DNA of 64,000 nucleotides, taken from NCBI GenBank assembly GCA_028534125.1, contig CM052822.1, forward strand, positions 77,934,001 through 77,998,000, given 5' to 3'. Below are positions 53,091 through 64,000 of the stretch, piece after piece (within the stretch, counting starts at the first letter, position 1; each line of letters begins with the position of its first letter). The DNA comes from Lama glama. Taxonomy: Eukaryota. Below the pieces are notes generated by a model. The model was not told the origin of the DNA, searched no databases, and saw only the letters and a program-made list of their open reading frames with translations. The position numbers were made by a program, and so were the translations under genes.

Positions 53091-55505
53091 AGCAATTTCA
53101 CATGTTTTGCTCAAGTAACATCTGACAGCTGGTAATCGGTAGTTTCCTGGGCTCATAGAGACAAGTGAAATCTGCTGTTGCCATTTCTAGCAATTTCTGG
53201 CCGAAGCAGTCCCATGACCTCCTGAACCCTGCCCTGGTCCCCCAGCAGGAGGTGACAGGAGGTGACAGGAGGAGACGCCTGCCCAGACCCGCGCGGCCTG
53301 GTCGTCCCGGCTGCCCGGGCCTCGTCCCGGGAGCAGGAGCCCGGTCGTCTCGGGAGCAAGGGGGAGGCCTTGCTTCTCCGAGCTTGACGAAACCCGTCTT
53401 GGAATTGTTTCTGACGCTCTTAGAGTGAACATGCGTCTGTCTCATTAATCCAGATTTTCACGATGAGTTGCTTCTCCAAGGTGCAGTTTGACATCCCGGT
53501 AAATGATGTAGATCTTCCTTTTCCCCTCCGTTCTTCTGCGTCTCCTCACCTGAGAGCACGTGTGTCTCACTCCTGACACTAACTTCAGAGAGGGCGACCT
53601 CTAGTGTCCCCCACTGTCCTTCACTCCCCACCAAATTGTTACTGAAGCCAAGGTTAGAAAAACTCAAGCTGACAGAATAAATAAAATAAAAGGGAAAGAA
53701 GGCAGTGGCCAAACCTGGAACCACCCCACTCCTGCCGACAGTGGAGGGAGAAGTCACGGCCCCTCACCCTCATTTCCCGTTTACAACGTGCAGGAGGACT
53801 TCGAAATGCGCGACATGCTCCGACGTGCCGGCCGCAGCCCCTTCTTCAAAACAACACCCCAACTCCAGGCTCAGACGGGAACGCAGACCCGGGAAGACCC
53901 TGCGGTGTCCCCAGCCGGGCTCGGAGAAGACCCTCCCGGGTTAGGTCAGCTGCAGTTTGATGCAAGTCAGTTGGCTTATGTGACTCCCCGGTTAACATAA
54001 GCCTTCTACTTGAAGGGTTTATTGTGTGAATTGCAAATGCAGTATCTGAGAGTAGAGTGTGTCTTCAGGCGTCCTCCTGTGTGGTTGTCAGAACTTCGCT
54101 TCACCTGGGGGCTGGGAGGCATTCCGGACACCACGTCCCCAGCTGAGCCCCCAGTCAGACCGTTTATGGTCTAAAGGGTTGTAGAAGTCACAGCGAGCCC
54201 TTCGTCCAGATTTCGGAGCCAGGAAGTACAGCAGGGGCCAGGAAGAAACTCGCCTCTCCGTTCCTCTGCACGCCCCTTCAGCAGTGGTGAGAGAAACCTT
54301 TCAGTTTTCCGCTGCACCGACAAGTACTGCGCAGCAGGTGCCTCACACCTCGGGAGAACCTAGATACTAGTCAGATCTGCCGGCTAAATCCATTGTATTA
54401 GAGCTGGGCAGCCAACGTCATTTCGGATTAAGAGGCTGCCTGCAGATTTCTGGAATTTCGTTTTTGTGTACAGCCTCTACAGTTTACATGCCTTTGGCGC
54501 AACGCCCGTCGTCTGCTCAGAACAGCAGGGCCCACGCGGAGGTGCTGGTCGGACGTGAGTGTCCTCTCACCTTCGTCTGAGCTGCAGATTTGCCAGAGGT
54601 GACGTCGCAGGCTCCACAAACACCCCAGCGGTCCAGAGAGTCGGCATTAATTAGGGAATGTCCCAAATGTCACATTGTTAAGTGAAGCTGTAAAAAGTAA
54701 GCTGTGGTCTTCGGCAAGCAAGTACTTCGTAAAATAAGAGTGCCTGGATTGGAGAGGTACCCGCCTGCTTTTATCGCCACTTTTAGGGACGCAGATTAAC
54801 AATGGAAAAGGTTTAAACTTGAGGTGAACAGCGACGTGTCACAGCTGCCACAAGGAACCACGGGGTTTGGTGTCTAAAACGTGGCCAAAGACCGAGGGAG
54901 CCGCCAGTTCACACACAGTGCTGAGGTGTGTGTGTGAGAGAGACGGACACCTGCCTCTTGTGCTTTGCATTTTAAAAGCCGTTCACAAAGAGAGACAGTG
55001 TGGAGAACACTGGAAGCAGAAGTCAACAAATACAGGAATCTTCTTTGAAATAAATGATCAAACCGCTGGGAGATGACCGGGGGCCCCGGCAGCAGGGACG
55101 CCGCCTGGACACCGGCCGCCTCTCCTTTGCAACACGCCATCTGTGGTGACTAATGAGGCAACAGTTACCAGCAGCCTCAGAAACTTCCCCAAACTGAGAT
55201 CTTGTCTCCTTTCTAAATTTGGCTCTGATGACACAGGAACAGTTTCTGTTTCGAGGCACCGATGTTCCACGCACTGGACAAACTGACAAGCGGGTCTAGG
55301 GGAGCGTTCGCGATTTTTTCTTTATTTTCAGTTGTTTTTGTTGAAAACACTTCTTTTTCAGTCTGGAAGGAATTAGTGAGAAGGTACAAGCAGCCTGTGT
55401 CTGCAGAAGCCTCTGCTGGTCTCAAAGTCCGGAGCCACGACCGCCAACGTTTGCTGCAGGACGCACACGTCTGGGGGCCGAAGGGCTGGCACCTCTGCCC
55501 GGAAG

Positions 55506-56005
55506 NNNNNNNNNNNNNNNNNNNNNNNNNNNNNNNNNNNNNNNNNNNNNNNNNNNNNNNNNNNNNNNNNNNNNNNNNNNNNNNNNNNNNNNNNNNNNNN
55601 NNNNNNNNNNNNNNNNNNNNNNNNNNNNNNNNNNNNNNNNNNNNNNNNNNNNNNNNNNNNNNNNNNNNNNNNNNNNNNNNNNNNNNNNNNNNNNNNNNNN
55701 NNNNNNNNNNNNNNNNNNNNNNNNNNNNNNNNNNNNNNNNNNNNNNNNNNNNNNNNNNNNNNNNNNNNNNNNNNNNNNNNNNNNNNNNNNNNNNNNNNNN
55801 NNNNNNNNNNNNNNNNNNNNNNNNNNNNNNNNNNNNNNNNNNNNNNNNNNNNNNNNNNNNNNNNNNNNNNNNNNNNNNNNNNNNNNNNNNNNNNNNNNNN
55901 NNNNNNNNNNNNNNNNNNNNNNNNNNNNNNNNNNNNNNNNNNNNNNNNNNNNNNNNNNNNNNNNNNNNNNNNNNNNNNNNNNNNNNNNNNNNNNNNNNNN
56001 NNNNN
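55506..56005. other. Assembly gap (exactly 500 N)
   Basis: Run of N. Confidence 0.99.
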
Positions 56006-58831
56006 ATCCATGTAGTTTTCGGTAGGTTAGTTACTTTCTCGCCCTTGGCGAGGTGGCCCTCTGTGGGAGATGTCCTGTGTGTCCCAGCAGTGCACTCCTC
56101 TTGTCCCCCAAGGGCCAGGGTCCTGTTGGTCCCAGTGTGGAGTCTGGCCTGTGTGTGTGGACTCCTTCCACGGGCTTTGGGATTGCTGTTTTCTCATTTC
56201 TGGTGCCTGCCCTGGTGGATGGGGCTGGACTAGAGGCTTAGGCAGAGTTCCTGGCAGGAGGAGCTGGTGCCTGCCCACTCCCTCGCATATACAGTTTTGA
56301 ATCCTGCCTTCCACTCAGTAGTGTGTGTCCTGGACTTTTTTCACGTCTGACCCTTCTCAGGCACATCGTCTCGGTCACTGGAGGCTCCCGTCATTCAGAG
56401 CAGACACGATGGGCTTCGTGCTGTTGAGCTCAGTGTGGAAGCACTTCTGAGCACCGTCTCCACACGCAGCTCCAAGACGGAGCCACTCTGGGGACACACG
56501 CCCTGCCGGGCCCTGTCCGGCCCACGGGGCTGGGAAGCGGCCGTCTGGAGGCACAGGAAAGCTGCAGGTAGAGGAGTAAACCCGCATGTGCGTGTGTCCC
56601 ATGTGTGTGCGTGTGCACACGCGTGTCTGCTGGCGACACGGAAACCCTTGACTGCTTCTCTCTGGGGACTGAACTTGGAGCCGTGAGGGTCCAGGCTTGT
56701 CTGGAGCCGGGCTTGCTGGGGTTCCGGGAGTGCTGAGCCAAGGGGGACGCCGAGTGCCCTGGGGCGAGGCCAGCGGCATGGCCGCCGCTGGGACGGGTGG
56801 GGGTGCGGGGGCGCCGGGCGGCCTCCTGCAGCTGTGGGCGAGGAGCAGGGCAGCAGAAGCCTCCCGCGGTCTTCTGCCTGCTGCCACCTGGTGGAGGAGG
56901 TCGTGGGGACGTTGCCGTGAGCCGTCTTCAGTTGTGGCGCACCTTTTCCGGGGAGCTGTGCCCTTGTCCTCGAGCGGTAGCCTCCGCCGCATCCTGTCAC
57001 AGGCGGAGCTCGCCGGAGCGCTCCCCTCACTGTGGCGACCTGATCCTGACAGGCGTCTGCTTAGGAACTGGGTCGCCGGCCAATTTTCAGGATTTTTTTT
57101 CTTTTTTAGGGAACACTCTGTAATAAAAGAGAAATGTGCAAAGTTACTTAAAAATAGCAGGTGTCCTTTGAGCCCATCGCTGAGTTTTTACCGACGTGAG
57201 AGGGAATGAGACGCATTAGCTTACGTTTTTTTGCTCCCCTGGCGGCTTAAAAGCCGGGGCTTTTCCCCAGCGGACGCCTGCAGGGGGCGCGCCCCGCACC
57301 CCGAGGGCGGCAGGCGTGCGAGGAGCCACCGGCCGCCCCGGGTGCTCCTCCAGCCGCACAGACCAGAGGGCCACGGGCGTTTTCATCGAGGGCAGACCCG
57401 CCGTGCAGTCGTCTCGCTCTGTGACTACCGCAGCACAGAGCAGGTCATTACGCATCCGGCGTGCCTCGGGTCCGCAGCTGCACCCGCAGCCTCTCGCATT
57501 TCCATTGTGCTGACTGACCCTGGGTGTGTCCGTTTGTGCGTTTTTCCCCTTAAAGCGTGATGGGCTCTGTGGGGCCCGTTTGAACGCTGCAGCCGCGTGA
57601 GTGCAGTTTTAAGCCTCAGTCGTTGTTGGAGGTGATGCTTCCGTGTGACTCGAGGGGAGCCACCCGGTGCCAGCGCAGGGCAGACCCGCCGCTGACCGCT
57701 CAGCAGGCACCGGGCAAGGGTGCCGTCTCCCGCGAGACCTGCTCTCAGGACGGTTTCGGGGTGAGGCCCTCCCGCCTTCCAGAGGGGGTTTCGGGGGGAG
57801 GGGGACGCAGCCGCGACAGGGAAGCTGGGTTTTCCTCCTTGTTCTTGGCGGCTTTTGCTAATTTACTCAATTCGTCAAAGTTCAGCATAGGGCAGTGGAC
57901 CCCGAAGTAGGGTTTGGAGTGCCCGTGGGAAGTGTTCCCGCCACTCACGCTGCGGGAGCCACAGTGCAGGCCCACGGGCACCTCCAGGAGAAGGGGCCTT
58001 GCCCTGGGCTCTGGCTCTCGGCTGCCCCAAACCCAGTGCAGAGCAATGAGCTCCTCGTTTTTCTGGAAGAGAAACACGGACGATTTCCTGTGAGCTTATT
58101 CCAGCAGCCAGCGCACGTCTGGGGAGCGTCAGGGCGGCCCCGGGGAAGGTGGTGCTCACGGCATCCCGGAGACTGCATCCTTGGGTGTCTTCCCGTGGGA
58201 CGGACGCATGAAACACTCTGCCCGCGTTGGCTCACCGTGATTTTACAAGGAGTCATCAGGCACCTTCGAGTGAAGGAAGGGCGGGCGTCTGCGTGTCTGA
58301 TGTGCACTTTCAGAGACGCCAGACGGCCAAGCTCAGCTTCAGGCAGAGGCCACTCCCGGACCTCGGGCCCGAGTTGCCATTGGGCCACCAGCTCGCGCTG
58401 CTGGTGGGTGTTTGCTTCGTCTGTGTTGGGGGGCAGCTGAGCAAAGCCTCCTCTGCTTTCTGGAGAGCCGGCCGGGGTGGGCCGCATGGTGTGAATTTGG
58501 CTGTCGCTCCATCGAGGGGCAGCTGGAGATTAGGCAGTCAGAGCTGCAGTGAAGGCGTCATCCTGAAAGACAAAGGGAGGCCCGGCTCCTGCCCTCTTGA
58601 TTAAAGGAACGTCCGTGGCTTTTAACGGGTTTCAGGGCTCCTCCCGTGCGGGTTTCCTGTCGCCGTGGAGCGGGTATAGACGTGTCCCTCCGTGTGGCTG
58701 CAGGTCCAGCCACAACCGAGTGGTTAGAATCAAGTAGGTTCCTGGCTGGGTGGTGGGAGTCGAAGGGTTAAGGTGTCCAGAACCCTCCTCAGCGGAGTTT
58801 TAAACCCAGATTCATTCATCAAAAACAATCT

Positions 58832-59330
58832 GATAGAGAATTTGTGGTGTATTTATACAACGGAATGCTCCTCAGCCATAAAAAAGAATAAAATGATGCC
58901 ATTTGCTGCACCATGATGGACCTGGAGATGGCCATTCTAAGTGAAGTAAGCCAGAAAGAGAAAGAAAAATACCATGTGGTGTTTCTCACATGTGGAATCT
59001 ACAAAAAGGACACAAATGATCTTATTTACAAAACAGAACAGTTTCATATAGAGAACAAACTTACGGTTCCCAGGAGGAAAGTGGGTGGGAAGGGATAAAT
59101 TGGGAGTTTGGGGTTTGCACATATTAACTACTAGATAAGAAATAGATAAATAAGACCCCACTGTACAGCACAGGGAACTATATTCATATCTTGTAGTAAC
59201 TTGTAAGGAAGAAGAGTATGAAAATGAATACATGTATGTATATGTATCACTGAAACATGATGCTGTGCACCAAAAAGTGACACACTGCAACTGACTAGAC
59301 TTCAATTAAAAAATTTTTTAAAAAAGAAAC
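58832..59330 (+). mobile_element. L1 3' end (ORF2 end plus 3'UTR, cetartiodactyl-type)
   Basis: ggaatgctcctcagccataaaaaagaataaaatgatgccatttgc...ctaagtgaagtaagccagaaagag...cagcacagggaactatattc...gacttcaattaaaaa. Confidence 0.9.
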
Positions 59331-59406
59331 TGAAACGACAGACACAGGATTCTTAAATAAAGCTCTTTGCAATCTTGGAAAAACAAACAGACAATCTGGT
59401 TTTCTG

Positions 59407-59615
59407 TACATAAAAGATAAATAACAAGGTCCTGCTATACAGCACAGGGAACTGGATTCACTGTCTTGTAGTGACCTATAGTGAAAAAGAACATGAGAAT
59501 GAATGTACGTGTGCACACGTCTGACTGAGACATGACGCTGCGCACCAGAACTGGACGCAGCGCTGTAAACTGACTGCACTTCAACTGAAAAACAAAAAAC
59601 AAAGAAGAAAACAAG
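59407..59615 (+). mobile_element. Second short L1 3' end
   Basis: agataaataacaaggtcctgctatacagcacagggaac...ctgactgcacttcaact followed by an A-rich tail. Confidence 0.85.
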
Positions 59616-59884
59616 ATTCGACTTGCAGACAAAAAGGGAGGGTTGAAATCTCTATTTTGGCACAATGGCCCCCGAGTGCCAGCAGAGCCCCCCCCAGAGC
59701 CGGCAGTCAGGGGCCTTTGTCGCGAGGCACGTTCATTCTGTGAAAACTACTGGCTAGTGAGAGACGGTGTTGTTTTAAACTCAGTAACCGGCGTGTTCAC
59801 GTCCACCCGGCGAGTGTGGCAGCTACCTCTGCTCTTCACCAAAACGGGATCCTGCCCAGATTTCAGCTAATATTTTCTGCGGCT

Positions 59885-60055
59885 CAAATTCTCCCGCCCA
59901 CACCTCTCCGCCCCCGCCCCAGGCCCGCCCGAGTAATAGTTCATAAAAAGCCGGTACAGATGCGCAGAGTCGGCACCGCGTGGCCCGGCCCGTCCCCTCC
60001 TCCCGGCCGGATTGGCTGCGCCGTTGCCAGGACTCCGTTGCTAGGACGGCGCTGC
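59885..60055. promoter_or_regulatory. Promoter-like module: GC boxes, CCAAT box, tandem RFX-like X-box motifs
   Basis: ctccgcccccgcccc at about 59906-59920; ATTGG at 60011-60015; ccgttgccaggac (60021-60033) and ccgttgctaggac (60035-60047). Confidence 0.55.
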
Positions 60056-63000
60056 CTCCAGCCCCTTCAGGAAACATGCCATGAATTATGGATGGTTGAT
60101 TTTCTCCGAGAGGCCTGGTCTGTAATGTAGATGAGCTCCCGTCCCCCTTTCTTCTGGCTTCTTAGGAGGGAAAAAAAAAAATCAGAGTTTTAAATCAGAA
60201 GCTGGCATTTGCGAAGTCCCTGTTGCCGGTGGAGAGGCTGGGCTGCCCGTGTTAATTCTTATGCAAAGAGAGGCCAGGGGTCAGTGTCTGTTATTTGTTC
60301 TGGAAAAGCCTGTAGGATTTTCACTGAACTCTGTGACCCTCGGGGGGCATCCTTCTTTGTGTGTCATCAGAGACAAAACGGGATAGAAACACTGGAAGTG
60401 GCATTTTCTGGATATTAGACGCTTTTCCCCTGCGCCTGCGGAGCCAGGGACTCAGGGGTCAGGTCTCTGGCTGGCGGATCAGATGGGACCCTCTCTCCCT
60501 CCCAACCTCCCGCTCCCACCTCCACCCCAGAGGCAGAGAAGCATTCGCCCAAAAGGGACCCAGGCCCTCAGTGCGTGGAGCGTGGACCAGTGAGGTCTCG
60601 GCGTGGGCCGCCCTCTGCCCGTTTTGGTTGGAAAGGGCCTCACGCCCCCTTCTGGGGACTGTTGCTGGGGTGGTCTCTGCAGGGTGGCCTCAGTGCTCAC
60701 CCCTGCCTGGCCTGAGGGGGATAGAGGGCTGGGCCCCGCCTGCCCCTCCCCGCCGCCTGGCCCAGGCGCTGGTGCTGCAAGCAGGAGGTCACAGGAGCTC
60801 TGGTGACAAGGGAGCACTCCAGTCCCACTGAGGGCGCTTTCCAGAGAAAGAGCCCCCCTGCGGGCCTCACCTCCAGTGGCCTGCGGGGGAGGGAAGAGCG
60901 GCTGTGAATCCCACGCTCCAACTCCCGCCCGCGTTCCCACCCCTCCTGTGCCGCGGGCTCTTCCTTGCAGACGGACAGGGGGCTGCGTGAGGACAGAGGC
61001 ACCGGGACTCACGGACACGGTGGCGCTGCCTCCGGGGCCCTGGGGCTCCGCACCAGAGATGATCGGCCAGCTTTCTGGGAGGCGCTGGACTTGGCATGGG
61101 CAGCGATGGAAAATCCTTGTTGTTACCTGCCTCAACCAGCGGGCAGCCTCTCACCAGTGCGGAGAGACCCACCATCACTGAAAGAAGGAAAGGGGAGAAA
61201 AGGAACTTCATCTCAAAGAGGCAAGGTCTTTATTCCAGAATGACAGAAAAGCAGTGGAAGTGAAAATTACAGTCGTCACCCCCGTATCGCAGTGTTTGTT
61301 GCGCGGGGACTGGGTCAGCCCAGAGAATTTCAGAGGCACGGGGCACCAGAGCCGCGGATGGGCGGGACGAGCTACTGAGGCTCCTTCCCGAACATTCCCT
61401 GTGCGTCTAAACATGATCCCTTCTGTCCTTCTGTTGAGAGGATGGTGTGGCTGTCTTGTTTCAGAACCTCGGGGACTTTAATGAGGGGCCGTGCGTCACC
61501 TTTTCTGGTCAGGGTCCCCAGGAGAGAGCAGCAACTGGTCACAGCCTTTGTCTAAGGATTTACGAGAGAGCAAAACAGAAAGCCGGGCGTGCTGCTCTCA
61601 CCCGTGTCTGCCCACGGTGGCGGGGGGCGGGTAACCGGACGGAATCGGTGACAGCCCAGGGCGTGCAGGCGGCTGGCGTAGGTGGCGTTCCCTTTCTGGC
61701 CTGAGTCCTCCAGGCAGCTCCTGCGCTGTGCGTGTGTGGGCGCGGCCGGGGCCCCACTGGGGCAGGGACAGCCACGCGACAGGAGGCCCCGGGGACAGCC
61801 ATGCGATGGGCTGGAGCGTCCGGCGTCCGGGGGACGTAAAAGGGTTCTTCTCTCTGGGAACGTCGCGCACGGAGGCGGCTCGCAGGAAAGTGCTGCTTAC
61901 AAGACACGTTTGTGCCATCAGGTTCTTTTCATGGAAGCAATGGGACCAACCACCCGACAGACAAGCGCCAAGGAGGTTCCCCTCGGACGGCGACTTGAGA
62001 TGCCCGTGCGCTGGGACAGAAGCAAAGCCCGGCGCCCGCCTCTGCCCGAGGAGCAGCAGCTCTGCTCCCAGGGCGCGTGCTCCTGTCGCCTACGCGCGGC
62101 CCGCTGGCCTCCCCGCTCCTAGCTGCCGCGAGCGCGTTATGCGTTCTGCCGCGCGGCTGTCAGGTCCGTTAGGCAGCAGAGTGATTGCCGCAGGGACGGG
62201 GTCACACCTCACGCTGCATCCTGCTCGGGACGCGGGAAGCCTCCCGCAGCCCAGGAGGGGGTCTGTGTCCGGGGCCCAGACAGCACGTGTGTTCTCAGCA
62301 GAGCTGAGACCGGGGCTGGGGAGGGAGGCTGGCTCAGCACGGCCCGGCCGGCTGGCTGCAGGGCGCCTGGTCCGGGGCTGCTTCTGGTTGAATTTAGGAG
62401 GTGAAATGTCCAAGTTAAGACCGAAGTATTTGCCAGCAGCCCTGCTGCTGAGCACAGGGCCTTCGGGGCGCCTGGAGACCCGAGGGACCTGTGCCTCGCC
62501 CGGTGGACGTTTTAGCGTCGAGGCGGCGTCACTGCGGGGCAGGATTAGCATGAAGGAGCCCAGCGCCGTGGCCGCCGCCCGGGTTCTACCCGGGGTCTGC
62601 GGCGCGAGGACGACCAGAGGGCCTTCAGGAAGCGCCGGGACGGTTGCTTGGTCTGATTTTCCAGAGCTGCTTGAATTTCTCACGGTCTTTTTGTAGATTC
62701 CACTTGCTGCGGTTTAACGTGGGACATCGGGCCGACAGGAGGAGACCCATCCCGTCCTCAGAGAAGGTGCTGCTCACCCCAGTTCAGCAGCCATCGTGGG
62801 GTGTGGACGGGCCGCGGGCGCTGACCCGATGAAGCGTGTGTGTCTGTCTGCGCCGTAACTATTGCCTCTCAGATCCGTCAGGACGGGGTGGTGTCTGGGG
62901 CTGGGAGGGAGGCGACCTCAGGCGCACACCCGTCACTTCTGACCTCGCTCCCTGGGTCAGCTACGTGACGCCAAGTCAGCTTCACACAGTCTCGCAAATG

Positions 63001-64000
63001 GACAGAATCACTGGACCTGCAAGAATTCCAAAGACAGAGGCGAGTCTCAGTCAGAACCTGGTAAACTGTGGGGCCGGGTGGAGGTCCCCCCAGCTCGCCG
63101 CGCCCCCACGCATGCTCCGTGCACCCTCGCCCTCCCCCAGGGGGCCCACGCGGAGAGGAGCCTGAGCACGTGGGGGCCCTGGACAGTCAGACGTGCGCAC
63201 GGTCGCGTGAAAGTAATTCCCTTCTGTTGCGATTTACAACATGCTGGCCTGCGCCTGATGGGACTCAAATAACAGCTCGTGACACGTGGATCTGAGCTGC
63301 CTTTGCTTCAGGGGCCCTTCCAGACCAGGAGAACCTCCCCCACGATCATCGTTGTGGTCTCTGCTCCAGGGCCGAGCATCCTCGCACGTGGACTCACGGC
63401 TGAGGCCCAGGCACTTCTGTGCAGCCCTGAGCGATGCCCGGACCACTGCCAGGTGCTCTGGTGCGGATGGTGTGGACGCAGGATCCGCGGTGGGGCTGAG
63501 CGTGGGTCGTGGCTGGCCGGTGGCTCTGCGTAGCCCTTTCTGAGCGGGGGCCGCCGCACCCCCCGACACCTGCGAGGGCCTCCCAGCAGGGGCGTGGCCA
63601 GCACCTGCTCACTGAGAGGTGTGTGCACGAGGGCCGTTCCTCGGCCCTGGCGGAGCCCAGGCTGGCGTGGGCGTCGGGCCCCTGGGCCCCTGGGCCCCTG
63701 GCTGCTGTGGCCTCTGGCGGGGGTGCTGACAGGGCAGTTTGCCAGGTCGCGGGGACAAAGGGGGCTTTCTGCCCCTCACAGGGAGGTGCCACTGGACGGG
63801 CCACAGCCCACGTGGGCCTGTGGACCCCCGCAAGGCAGGGTGCAGGAATGTGTGGAAGGACATGTATGATTGAGCACTCAGTGTGACCCCTGTGCCACAC
63901 AGTGATGGCCACTGGACACTGTCTACCATGGGAGGGGGACTGAGCCGCCCAAGTAACCTGGCGACTGCCACGGGTGGCCTCTGCGACCTGCCTGCTCAGT

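Noticed and set aside
39000-64000. Many 150-320 aa ORFs on both strands (e.g. 40790-41626, 52035-52838, 61728-62696)
   Set aside because: Pro/Arg/Gly/Ala-rich, overlapping in several frames with no recognisable domain; expected from stop-codon scarcity at high GC.

Overview
This is a mammalian genomic window, GC/CpG-rich in its right half, with two 500-N assembly gaps. The tRNA-derived SINE type suggests a camelid (inference). It holds most of DNAJB6 (HSP40/MRJ co-chaperone) on the + strand: coding exons 3-10 by human numbering, with GT-AG junctions and consistent phases. Two known isoforms are supported: short isoform b (stop and polyA signal after exon 8) and long isoform a (exons 9-10, basic NLS tail). 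The ATG exon 2 was not found. Two further in-frame, polyA-backed candidate C-termini stand out. (1) Read-through of the exon 9 donor encodes an Ala-Pro linker ending in ...KSLLCCCVLT*, a CaaX box with upstream cysteines, followed by ATTAAA; this would be a prenylated, membrane-targeted DNAJB6. (2) Intron 5 contains a phase-compatible 87-nt cassette exon and a highly acidic 120-codon terminal exon with AATAAA; this would be a J-domain plus acidic tail isoform lacking the S/T-rich client-binding region. The rest is intronic or intergenic: Tigger1, a Tigger2-like element with nested SINEs, L1/L2/MLT2 fragments and two CpG-rich promoter-like islands downstream. Most ORFs in the supplied track are GC-rich noise.
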